From NCBI RefSeq assembly GCF_001194135.2, contig NC_068985.1:122121320-122185319 (forward strand): a stretch of DNA of 64,000 nucleotides. Direction: 5' to 3'. The stretch comes from Octopus bimaculoides (Eukaryota). Numbering within the stretch: position 1 is the first letter of the stretch; each line of letters opens with the position of its first letter. The notes under the pieces were generated by a model. The model saw nothing but the letters and a program-made list of their open reading frames with translations, had not been told where the DNA came from and searched no databases. Made by a program: the position numbers and the translations under genes. Below are positions 36,301 to 48,720 of the stretch, piece by piece.

Positions 36301-39300
36301 TATCTATGATTAAATGAAATTATTTCTATTGATTTCATGAAATATTAAATCTATCATCATGGGGAAAATGTGTTGTTGCAGCATCACCAGATTTTAAATT
36401 GACTTGCTAACAGCTATCTTTCGATAACCTTACATGAGAAATGAAACAATTTCTTCTGTAATTTCCATAAGAAATTTCTATTTCTTTAATTTTCTTTTCA
36501 GCTGAATCACTTATTTTTATGTATGTATATGTAAGTACTGTATATGTATGTATATACACAAATATACATGTGTATCGTGTATATCGTGTAAATATACATG
36601 TATATCGATAGGATCAACAGAACAGCCTGCTCGTGAAATTAATGTGCAAGTGGTTGAGCACTCCACAGACACGTGTACCCTTAACATAGCTCTCAGGGGA
36701 GATTCAGTGTGACACAGATTGTGACAAGGCTGGCCCTTTGAAATACAGGTATAAGAGAAAAAGGAAGAAAGAGTGGGAGAAAGTTGTGGTGAAAGAATAC
36801 AGCCGGGTTCACCACCACCCCCTGCCAGAACCTTGTGGAGCTTTCGGTGTGTCCGCTCAATAAATACTCACAACGCCCGCTCTGAGAATTGAAACCGCGA
36901 TCCTACAACTGCAAGTCCACTGCCCTAACCACTAGGCCGTTGCACCTCCATGATATATGTATATACATATACATACACATTCATGTACATAAATATATAC
37001 GTGTGCTTACATACACAAATATACATACAAACACATAAATCTATTCATTGGCACTCCTACTATTGCTCATGTTGAGATGAGAGTAATAGTAAGCATAGAG
37101 GCAGTAAGGGGAGTGGTGAAGACAGAGAGAGAGAGAAAGAGAGACAAAGAAATTTAGGGAGAGTTGATGATGTTTGTCTTGGTAGTAGTGGGAGTAATAA
37201 TAAGAGAGAGACAAAGAGTGGGTATGTGAGAGAAAGAGGGACTGCCCACTGAACTAACATGCTGAAGTAACATACTGAACGAACTCACACATTTAGCCAT
37301 TTTGTGATAGTAATAGTATGAGCTATAGTTGTGATAGAAGTGGAGGTGACGGTGATGTTGGTGGTGTAGCCAAGGCGATGAGGGATGAAGTGAGAGTAAG
37401 CAATGTGAAAGACAGTGGTGATGGTGATGGAGGGGAAGGTGACGAAGTCAACAATATTGATGGTGGTGGCATCAGAAGTCTATATGGTGTGTGTATGGCA
37501 GATGTGGTGGTGATGGTGGTGGTACTGTTGTGTATCATGCAGCTTTGCAATAAATTCCAAGTTGACAGATTATATCATTGTTTTGATGAAAATTGTTCAT
37601 TGCTTGAAAAATATTGTTCAAGTTTAATAAAATTTAATATGTACTCAATGGCGCAGGAGTGGCTGTGTGGCAAGTAGCTTGCTTACCAACCACATGGTTC
37701 CGGGTTCATTCCCACTGCGTGGCATCTTGGGCAAGTGTCTTCTACTATAGCCTCCCGCCGACCAAAGCCTTGTGAGTGGATTTGTTAGACGGAAACTAAA
37801 AGAAGTCTGTCGTATATATGTATATATATATATATATGTATATGTTTGTGTGTCTGTGTTTGTCCCCCCAACATCGCTTGACAACCGATGGTGGTGTGTT
37901 TATGTCCCCATAATGTAGCGGTTCGGCAAAAGAGACCGATAGAATAAGTACTAGGCTTACAAAGAATAAGTCCTGGGATTGATTTGCTCGACTAAAGGTG
38001 GTGCTCCAGCTTAGCCGCAGTCAAATGACTGAAACAAGTAAAAGAGTAAAGAGAGTAATGCATGAAGTGTCATTGTTGGGCCCTAAAAGCTGCTCGATAG
38101 GACGGCTTTTAAGCTAGTAAACACATATACACAAAAGTTACATAAACATAAGTGATTCAGCATGCATGCACATAAACGCATATATATTTTACAGCTCTAT
38201 ATTTAAGAGATGACGAATTATGTACATATATATTTACATACAAAAATATACATACATATATACTTGCACACAAACACATACATACACAAAAATACATAAA
38301 TATAAACAATTCAGCTGAGCAAAAATTAAGGCAGTAACAAATTTTTACAGAAATTGCTGAAGGTATAGTTTCACTTCTCATGTACAGCTATAGAAAGATT
38401 GCCCTTGCAAACGGTTTTTTAGATGCTGTTGTCTGCTCTGTGTTTGAAAGGAAAATTTTAAAATTACATTGACTTGTTCGTTAACATTAACCTATTAATC
38501 CTCTTTTACTCTGACTTGTTTCAATCATTGGGCTGCAGCCATACTGGATCTCTACTTTGAAGGATCCTTAGTTATTAGATTACTAACTTATGGGATGTGT
38601 TTACCGAGCACCATGTTTTTTAGTGTTGTCAGCATAAAGACAGACTTGTAAACACACACACACACACACACACACATGATGGACTTCTTTCAGTTTCTGT
38701 CTATTAAATCTACAAATCACAAAGCTTAAGTTAGCCTGTGACTATAGTAGAAGACACTTGCCTGAGGTGCCACACAGTGGTAAAGACCATGTGGTTGGTA
38801 GACACCTTAACTTCACAGCCATGACAGACTTCTGCAGTTTCTGTCTATCAATTTCACTCACACTGAGTCTAAAGTAGAAGACTCTCACCCAAGATACTAC
38901 TCAGTAGGACTGAACCCCAAACTGCATGATTGTGAAGCAAATTTCTTAATTCCACAACTAATTAATTATAACTAATTAGTCTAATTTCAAAACAATTGCT
39001 ATAATTTGGCTACAGAACAGAAAATTGATATTTTTATATTTCTGTGTAATTTTCTTTTAATGTGTTTTCTTTGAAAAAGAGAACAATTTGATTTTAAATT
39101 AATTTGCAATTAAATAAAATCTAATTTATTTTCAGTGTTCAAAAGGAAGATGGTAATACTGAAGTAAAATGTTTTGCAAACAAAAAGAGAAAGAAGAAAT
39201 TAAACACTTCATTGAAAAATGATTCTGTCACTGAAATTGATACAAAAGCAAATGACATCATATTTATTTCTGAAAACAAGGGTAACCTTTTGGACAATTC

Positions 39301-42300
39301 CAAGAAAGCATTTTCTACGAAAAAGAAAGATAAAACAAAGAAAAGAAAATATTTAGATGTAAAAGAAAAGCAAGAAGAAGAAGAATATTTGGAAGAAACA
39401 GAAAAAATTGAAGAACATTCTGAAAAGAGAGAAAAGAAGAAGAAGAAAGAATGTGCAGAGAAAAAGGAAAAGGATAAAGCATATTTAGGGAAAAAGGAAC
39501 ATATGGAAAAGGAAAAGGAACGTGTAGAAAAGAAGGAACATGCAATGAAAAAGAGAAAGAAGGAAATAGAGGTGTATGAGGAAGAGCCACCATTGTTGAG
39601 TGTTGAATCCAAAAAGAAGAAAAAGAGAAAATCTGAAGTATGTGATTATGTACCTGTTGTAAAACTGGATTTTGAGAACAGTCCCGAAGAATTAGTTGAA
39701 AGAGACCAGAAAAAACACGGGAAAAAAATTCAAAAGCTTCATGAATTATGTAAAAATCAAAGTACTGACTGTGATCAACATAAAGAAATTGTCATTGAGG
39801 ATGATGATGATAGTGATGACAATGATGGTGAGGAGGAGGAGGTGTATAATAATAACAAAGGTAATAATTCTAATTTAAACAAAGAAATTATTATTGACGA
39901 TGATGAGGAGGAGGAAGAGGAGGACAAACAAAATGTTGGTAGTGGCAATAATAGTGACAACAGAGATCTGGAAAATAACAATACTAAAATTACACCTGTT
40001 GTATCTCTTTCTGAAATTCTAGATAATCTAGAGACACTGCAAAATAGTGATTTATGTGAAAAATCTAAGTCTTCTCAAAAGGAAGTGATTTCTCTTTCAA
40101 CAATTTCACCAATTTCAACAACACACAAACAAAATAATTCTGATATAATTGTTAATTCCAGTAAGAAAAATATTCCTGTGAAAGAAACAATTGAAGTTTT
40201 TGATATTTCAAATGAAAATCTGGCAGCAATTTGTAAAGCAGTTGAAGAGGGTGAATCCCTTACACTAAGTGGGAGCAAAACAAAAAGGATTGAACTTTGT
40301 CCCAGTATGAATGAGAATGTTTTTAACATGAACAACATTGTCAGAAATCAAAAACTTCTCGTAAATAAAATTACTGAAAAAAATGGCAGCAAACCTCACA
40401 GAAGAAGGCCTAGAAAGCGCCGGCATGGCCCAAGTTTCGCTTGTGCTCCTTTCATTCAAGCAATGAGCTCACATTCTGAAGGTGATGCTTCTTCATTGAA
40501 TTCCACACCTAAAACATCTATATTACAACACTCAAACAGTGTTTATTCTTCTCGAAATAATTCTGACAAGCATATTCATTTTGACTCAGATGAGGCTGAA
40601 GAAACTACTAGCAACATCACCTCAGCTTGTGATGAATTGAAACCAAGCCATTCTACACCAATACCTGTCAACTGTAATTTTCTGTTTTTCTAATTTAATT
40701 TTCCTTTCACCTTAATTCATACTTGCTTGCTATATTTATTTGCTGTTTTATATGCATGGCCGTGTAGTTAAGAAGCTCACTTTGCAACCACATAGTTTTG
40801 AGTTCAGTCCCATTGTGCAGCAGCACCTTTGGCAAGTATCTTGTAGCATATGTCTGGACCAGTCAATGTCTCATGAGTGAATTTGGTGGATGGAAACTGT
40901 GTAGAAGCTCATAATATATAACTATATATAAATATGTGTTTGTGTTTCTTCCTCCACTGTGTGGCTATTAAAAAATAAGTACTGGGATCGATTTGTTTGA
41001 CTAAAACCCTCAGGGCAGTGCTCTAGCATGACTGCCGTCCAATGATTGAAACAAGTAAAAGATAAAGATAGCCTTGGAATATTCAGCTACTTGCATGCTA
41101 ATTCAATGAGCAGCAAGTTTTGTTGATTAAATGATTGGTTCTTCATTGTCAAAACTAACAGAGATCCATCTACTTACTTTACCATTGAAGGTTCCATAAA
41201 GAAGACTTGAACTCAATACTGTTGTCTATTGTTAAAAACATAAATAAGTCCACATGGTTTAAAGAAAGAAACTGTACGAAGACATTTTGTCTACCAAGCT
41301 GTACTAAGACATTTTGTCTGACAAGCTGTACCAAGATATTTTGTTTGCCAAGCTGTACCAAGATATTTTGTCCTTTTTTTAGATGGTCTGTAGGGCCCTA
41401 ACAATAAGATAAAAACTATCAATCTTTTGGTCAATTATCTAATACTTTGTCAGCTCAACCATCTGCAATCTTCACTCTTGCTACTTATTTACTAGATAGT
41501 TTTTGCTTGTCTTGGTCACAAAAGCAGTACATCATAGAAAACAGGATACTTACTGTGGGTAGTCCCACAGTATTTTGAATCCATCATTTATTGATTTCCT
41601 TTGACCATTATATTTTCACATAGCAAATCCCTGTTAATGACTAGTATTTTGGTGTAATGCCTCCCCATCCCATCTTTCTTAATTTGTTGTAAGAATTAAA
41701 AAGAAAAATTGTCAGTCACTTCAGGATAAAAGAACAAATTACTTTAAGCTTGAGAGGAGAAAAATGGGTAAAATATATTAGCATTTTAAGTTAAGTCAAC
41801 GGACTCCTGCTGAGGATGAAAACCGGATTACTTACTAGCTTATTTCACTAAATGAGTCTCTATCATTACCATTGTTCAATATGTTTACCATGCTGGCATA
41901 GGCTGGATGGCTATGCAATAAAGGATCAAAATTAGTTTGTTGCTGGGTTATTACAACATATGAATCTTCATTATAACCATCTCCATAGATTGGATGAATC
42001 TGTAGTATAGTATACCACTAATTTGTTTTATGTTTCATCTTCTTCTCTGTGAGGCCCACTACATATTAAGATCTGCTGTAAGCATATGGCACATTTATGC
42101 TCAGGTGGTATCATCCAAATGTATCATGTTTCAATATGAGGACAACCACTTTATATCAGTTGGTGTTTTTAGTGCCCAGTTTTGGCCTTAGTGTATTCTT
42201 AATCTCTGTTGATGACAAGTGAAAAAAGCTAGTAATGTTGTGATGCATTCAAGGATGACTATTGATGGTAGTAATAACAATTTTGTTAATACATTTTTAT

Positions 42301-42567
42301 TTTCTTATTGCTTTGACATGGTGAAAGGGACTGTGCTACATTCTCTCTGAGATCATAGGATCGATGCAGTCAGTTTTCTTGCAAGTCAATGAATGTATGA
42401 AAAACATGCACAGGGAGGAAATTACAAATGGCTGACATTTTTGGAGGAAAGAACTGGGTGTAGTGGTTAGTGAGAGTTGTGATGGAGATAGTTGCAATAT
42501 GAGCAAGTTGGTATTCTTATGTGGGAGTAGCATGAAACAAGCTATCTCTGAGTAGTAGCATTTGAAA

Positions 42568-42599
<32 letters not shown>

Positions 42600-45500
42600 G
42601 AGACAGCATATCTGTTAATCAGAGATTGGAGTGTTGGTAAGCATGAATATGTGGTTAACTGCATTTTCTTATATTTGAATTTTACTTTATTTTTATATTG
42701 TGAGTCATACTGCCAAGTAAAATGCACATACTAGTTGTATTTCACTTCAGTTTTGTTATCAGTTAATTAGACAATTATTTCATTTATTGGTTAATAGGTT
42801 TCTTAAAAGTTCTTTCATTACAACCTGTGGCCTTATGGATTAAACTTTATGACATGAACACAGCACAGAACAAGAAATGTGTGCTAGCACAGAGAAGTCG
42901 CATGAGTGACACATTGATAAACTCAGATGAAAGAACTTTGACAAATCAATTAATCAGTTAATAGATTAACTAATTATCTAAACAGATGATAATAAAACTG
43001 AAGTAAAATACAACTAATACATGTATTTAAATTGACAGCATGATGATCTGAAAATATAACAAGTGTTTCAACACATATATCACATCATGAATCTTGCAAC
43101 TCAAATGTAAAAACGAAATTTTATTTTTAAAAAAATCTTATTTCACTAAATTTTGTCTTTCTTTATATTTACTGAAAACAATTTACTTTCAGCTTTACAA
43201 ACAGACAGTCATAAAATTCAGTTACCCAATCTGGAAAACTCATTAGTTTCTGAAACCTCTGAACCTCAATCAAATGTGCACAATTGGTCGGTATTTTCAG
43301 TTCGAAATGCCCTGCAAAAGAACTCTGGTGTATACCAGCGAGGACTTGGTTTTGTTAAATCATCACAAATTTCATCCTCAACTGCCATTATTCAACAAGA
43401 TAAACAACAAACTGAAACATATTCAAAAGATAAACAATTACAAGATAAGGTGAGATTCAATATATAATTAACTGGTCAGTTATATTTCTATCTAATTATT
43501 GTTTGTACCAGTATACTGGAAGATAGTAAGCTCTGTCATTTGACTCTGCATTGTGGATTCTATTTCTTGTTTAAGAAATCTTAAACTTCATATATGAACT
43601 ATTTCTTATTACAGTCATCAGTCTGAACTGGGATTGGCTCCACTAGACTCATTTGTTATCAACACACAACATGAAAACAATACACTACAACAGCTCTGAT
43701 TTAGCTAGTTGCATACCACTTTCATCCAAACCCTTAGCACATTTGTGTCTCCTCTCATTATACCCATATTGTGTGTTTTGCTCACTCAGGCACTGTGCTG
43801 ACACCTATGCCCAATTTTCCCTAGCCAGAATGTTCAAGCTTCTGGAATCCTTTCCCATTGATGTTTTTCCTGTGAATGTTGGTTCAGATTGATTGCTTAA
43901 GCTTAACATCAACCATATCAATCTCACCAGCTAAAATCACAATCATCTAACTGAAAAAAATAACCCAATAGTTGATGTTGGTGTCATGTGAAAATACTCT
44001 CAGTACACTCTGTAAAATGATTGGTGTTAGGAAGGGCATCCAGCCATAGAAATCATGTGAAAATAGAACCTGCTAGTGACATATGATACCCCACCCTGTC
44101 TAGGAGGACAGTAACTTAGAATAAGAACTAACCCAAATTGTGATGACCTGTTCAACCCATGTTTACATGGAAATGAGGGTGTGGAATAATAATGAATGAT
44201 AATGATTATTGTTAGAGTCATTTTCATTACCAGTTTCTATTTATTTCAGTATTAGATGTATCTACCAGTGGGATATCTGTCTTAATTAAGGGAGCAAAAA
44301 TAAGATGCTGTAATGTTAACACTCATCTCTAGGTAACATCAGTGGAATAAAATACTTACAACCAATAATCCAAATTAATTCACAGAGTTAATTCAACAAG
44401 AATATGCTTCTGTCTTTTAGTTTATGGTTCTCCATTTTTATAAATTCACAAAAATATCTTGGTACCCACATTTCATTAGGTTTCCTTGATTTCAACATTC
44501 AGTTTTTTTTTTTACAAGCATAAGTTTACTGTCTGTAATTGAACATATACTGACACGTTCGCACATTGTCTGTTGGTGCTGGTACTGTGTTGCTAAATGC
44601 CCTTCATACCACTTAGTCACTCTATCATAAAATAAAAATGGCATTTATTTTGCTGCATTTTTTTAAAGAATTCTATGTAAGCACCCGAAACATGCAATTG
44701 GAAGGAAAAGTTGAGCAGTGGCTGTGGATGCTCTGAAAGTGTAGTTGTGAAACTAGAGTGAAGGACAGATTCTATGACACTAGTTTGCAAGATGCAATGC
44801 TGCATTGTAGTAAAATGTTGGGCCTTGAATGTTGAAGTGCCATATATATCTAATTAGTGGTAGGACTCAGAATCACACACACACATATGCAAGCCAATAT
44901 GATCTGTAGTTGGCATCGTTATTGCCTATTTTTGACAGGAAGATATACTGAACTAATGTAATATACCATAACCTACCTAGTAACACAACAAAGCACCTAC
45001 AGAGAATCTAAACTCACAGTCTATAAGTATGTAGCCCAGTACCTTATCCACCCAGTCATTCCACTCACTCATGCTCATACACACAAAGACATGCAAAAGT
45101 TGCATGCCAATTTTTGGGCCTTGAATGTTGAAGTGCCATATATATCTAATTAGTGGTTAGGACTCATGCTCATAAACACAAAGACATGCAAAAATTGCAT
45201 CATATTTTTAAAATGTGAGTAAATATCTTTCTGCATTCTTGTTTGTTTACACAATCTTTATATCTAATTTGTGTGCAATTTATATAAATTGCTGCTTTTC
45301 TATTTTTAATCAAGAAATAACTTTATCTTTTTCATTTTCATATTTTGGCACTTACATTCTGAAAAAAAAAAAAATTAAATAAATAAAAGAATCAAGCCCA
45401 ACTCAGCTCATCTGTTTCGAAACCTAACTATGATGTTTTCCCTCCATTAACTGGAATCCCATGTGTAAATGACAGAATTGCTTTTAAGGTAAGATATGAT

Positions 45501-47703
45501 TTGTACATATGCACTATCTATATTTTTGAAACAAAATGTGACAAAATTGCTTCGACTATGAGGTTTGTTTTATATCTCACATGTTTCTTGAAAAATAGCA
45601 TTATTGGTTATAGGTTTCTAATAAGTCAATCATAGATTTCCTGCCTTTCTGCCAATGAGGGTCACAGTAGTGTGTCTGTGCAACTCAAATGGAATAAATA
45701 CAAGATATTTTTGTCTGGTGTACTGGCTTATCAGCTTCTGCACTCATGGTTATAAATTTTGATAATATATGCCGATGAAGGATATACACATGTATATGTA
45801 TATGCCAGGTGATTTGAAAGTCCTTGCCATTAAATGTTCGTTGTGAATGGAACAATGTTCAGATCAGCCAAATTTTTTTTTGCCTTGCCTTTAATTGTAG
45901 CATCATGTTATTCATTTCAGTGGCACTGTTTTAATGTTAAATGCTGCCACCTCACTTCTATAGTGTCCTGAATATGTAAGCCCTGTCCCTTTAATCCTAT
46001 TTAGTTAGATGTCTGTTTCATTATAGAAGTTGCTTATTTTTATTTTTCAGCTTGTTGAATATCTTATGTAGCCTCCTCCATCACTTTATTTCTGCCATGT
46101 GGCTTAGTCATTTGCAGTGTTCCCTCCCTTCCCATCCCCACCAACTATATTCTTTTTTTTTTTCTTTTATTTGTTTCAGTCATTTGACTGCGGCCATGCT
46201 GGACAGGACTTATTCTTCCTAAGCCTAATTCTTATTCTATTGCTCTCTTTTGCTGAACCACTAAGTTATGGGGACGTAAACACACCAGCATCGGTTGTCA
46301 AGCAATGTTGGGGGGATAAACACACACACACATACACATGTATATATCCATATATCTATGCCTTTGGTTCTATTTAAAAACATATTTTACTTTCGTTTTT
46401 AATATCTTTAAAAAAAAATTTTTTTTTTTAAGTAAAAAAAAGTTTATTTTATTTTATATTTTTCTCAGAGACTGGAAATTGGCCATGATTATAGTCCTGT
46501 TGTATCTGATTATAGAGTAAGTAACCTCTGAATCTCTTATATAGTTTATCAGATTTGTATATTATGCTTATGTAAGATATATTTCTAAGGAATATCAGCA
46601 ATATTTCTGAGATTCATCACATTGAGTAAACAAGTTCTCTTTTTAATCATTTTTGTTATTTTTGCATGTTTTACCTCTTTTTTCTTTTTGTTTTGTTTAT
46701 GGAAATAATCTCCATTTTTACTTGCTCAGTGCTCTTCCAACCGCTAGCCACATAATCTGTTTTTGTGAATCAGACTGGCTGAAGTTAGCAAGGTTGTTGT
46801 TTAGCTGTCAGCATTTCAGTTATGGCCATGCTGTCTTTTTGTTAGTCATCTCTCCTCTCATCATCCATGTTGCCGTGTTCAATCCAACCCTGTAGCCTCT
46901 GCACTAACCACTACTGCTAATCCTTCCTCCACAGAATGCCAGCTTTCTGGAGTGCTCTCCCTCCTCCTATCTTTCCTGCAGGTGTTGCAATAGTCTAAGC
47001 AGAATATTAATGGTATCTGTCTTAGCAGTCTCAGTCTATGAAGGATCTGAGCACTATCCCTCTCTCCAAACCCAGTAAATGCAATAAGAAAAAAAACTGT
47101 AAACAAAACTTTGGATAAAAGTTAAAGTATTGTATAACTAACGAGTATGATGTTAGCAGTGCCTAACTCAGATTTTTCTTTTGGCAAAACCTGTGTTTGT
47201 CTAAGTACATTGGCACTCGATCCAACAAGGAAATATTTCTCTCTGTCTCTGTCTATTTATCTCTCTCTTCTCTGCTGAAAATGACATTCTCAGCTTTGAA
47301 AATGACAATAAGCTCCCCTTAAACACACTCCTTTCAGAAATGTAAACGGGCCAGGGTCAGTTTTCTATAGTGTTAAATGGATGAGGGATAAACACTTTCC
47401 AACTGGATAGAATACTGGTTTCTCACAAATAGTTTTCTTTGTAGGGGTAAGTGAACTCAAAATTACAAGCTAATGACCATTTGTCAATTCCTGTGTGCTG
47501 CCTGTAGCAGTAAATTACATCAGCTGCAGTACCTGCATGCAGCTAGATTAACAGCCAAATATCACTCTAAAAAAACTTGGAACCTCCATCGAACTAGAAT
47601 GTCAGTTCTCTATCTTGGGATAAATACCTTCCACTCTCCATCCCATTTGTCTCAGAATCCTTGAAAGAGGTGATAGACACTGCCCTTTCTCCAGTCTCAA
47701 TGA

Positions 47704-47740
<37 letters not shown>

Positions 47741-48688
47741 ACACATTGGATGATATATTCTGATGTCTGAAAATAAAACAAAAAAACAGGGTTATCACAG
47801 GTGGATTGTAGGTCTGTTTTATAAGAGCTGACCTGGGGTTAAACAACTTATGAGTAGGTATTTGAAAAGGATCTTGACCATAGACACAACACAGCACTTA
47901 TAGCAAGTAGAATCCTTTACACTGGTTCTTCCTGTATCATATCACTATGGCTATTCACACTCTGATAAGATTCAGTGCCATTTCCCTAACTATGGTGAAC
48001 AGAATAAAAAATAAGCAAAATGCAAATAGAACTAGAGATAATTAAAAGAAGGTAATAATAATGACAACAACAACAACAATAATCCTTTCTATTTTAGGCA
48101 CAAGGCCTGAAATTTTGTTGGAGGAAGCTAGTTGAATACATTGACCCCAGTGTTCAGCTAGTATTTATTGTATTGACTCTGAAAGGATGAGAAGCAAAGT
48201 TAACCTTGGTGGAATTTGAACTAAGAGCATCAGGTGGATGAAATGCCACTAAGTATTTTGTCCAACGTGTTAATTATTCTGCCAGCTCATTGCCTTAATA
48301 ATATTGATAATAATAATAATGTTTCAAATTGTGATTCGAGGCCGACAATTTTAGTGGAAGTGGGATAGTTGTGTATATCAACTCCAGTACTTGACTAGTG
48401 CAGAACATAAGTTGGAAGAAAAACTGCTAGATACTTTGTCCCATGCTCCTAACAGTAACAACAAAAATAATGATAATGATTTCAAATCTTGGCACGAGGG
48501 TAGGTATTTTGGGGGAGGGGTTGATTACATCAACCTCAGTGTTCAACTGGAATTTATTTTATTGACCCCAAAAAGATGAAAGGTAAAGTCAAACTTGGTG
48601 GAATTTGAACCCAGAATGTGAAGATGGATGACATGCTGCTAAGTAATTTGCCCAACCAACTAATGATTCTGCCTTAATAACAACAATG

Positions 48689-48720
<32 letters not shown>

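Noticed and set aside
39139-39612. Antisense Phe/Ser-rich ORFs overlapping coilin exon 2
   Set aside because: Shadow frames of the purine-rich Lys/Glu coding strand.
41207-41401. ORF with CTK(T/I)FCL(P/T)S repeats suggesting a Cys-repeat peptide
   Set aside because: It is the translation of a 27-bp intronic minisatellite, with a non-ATG start and no splice support.
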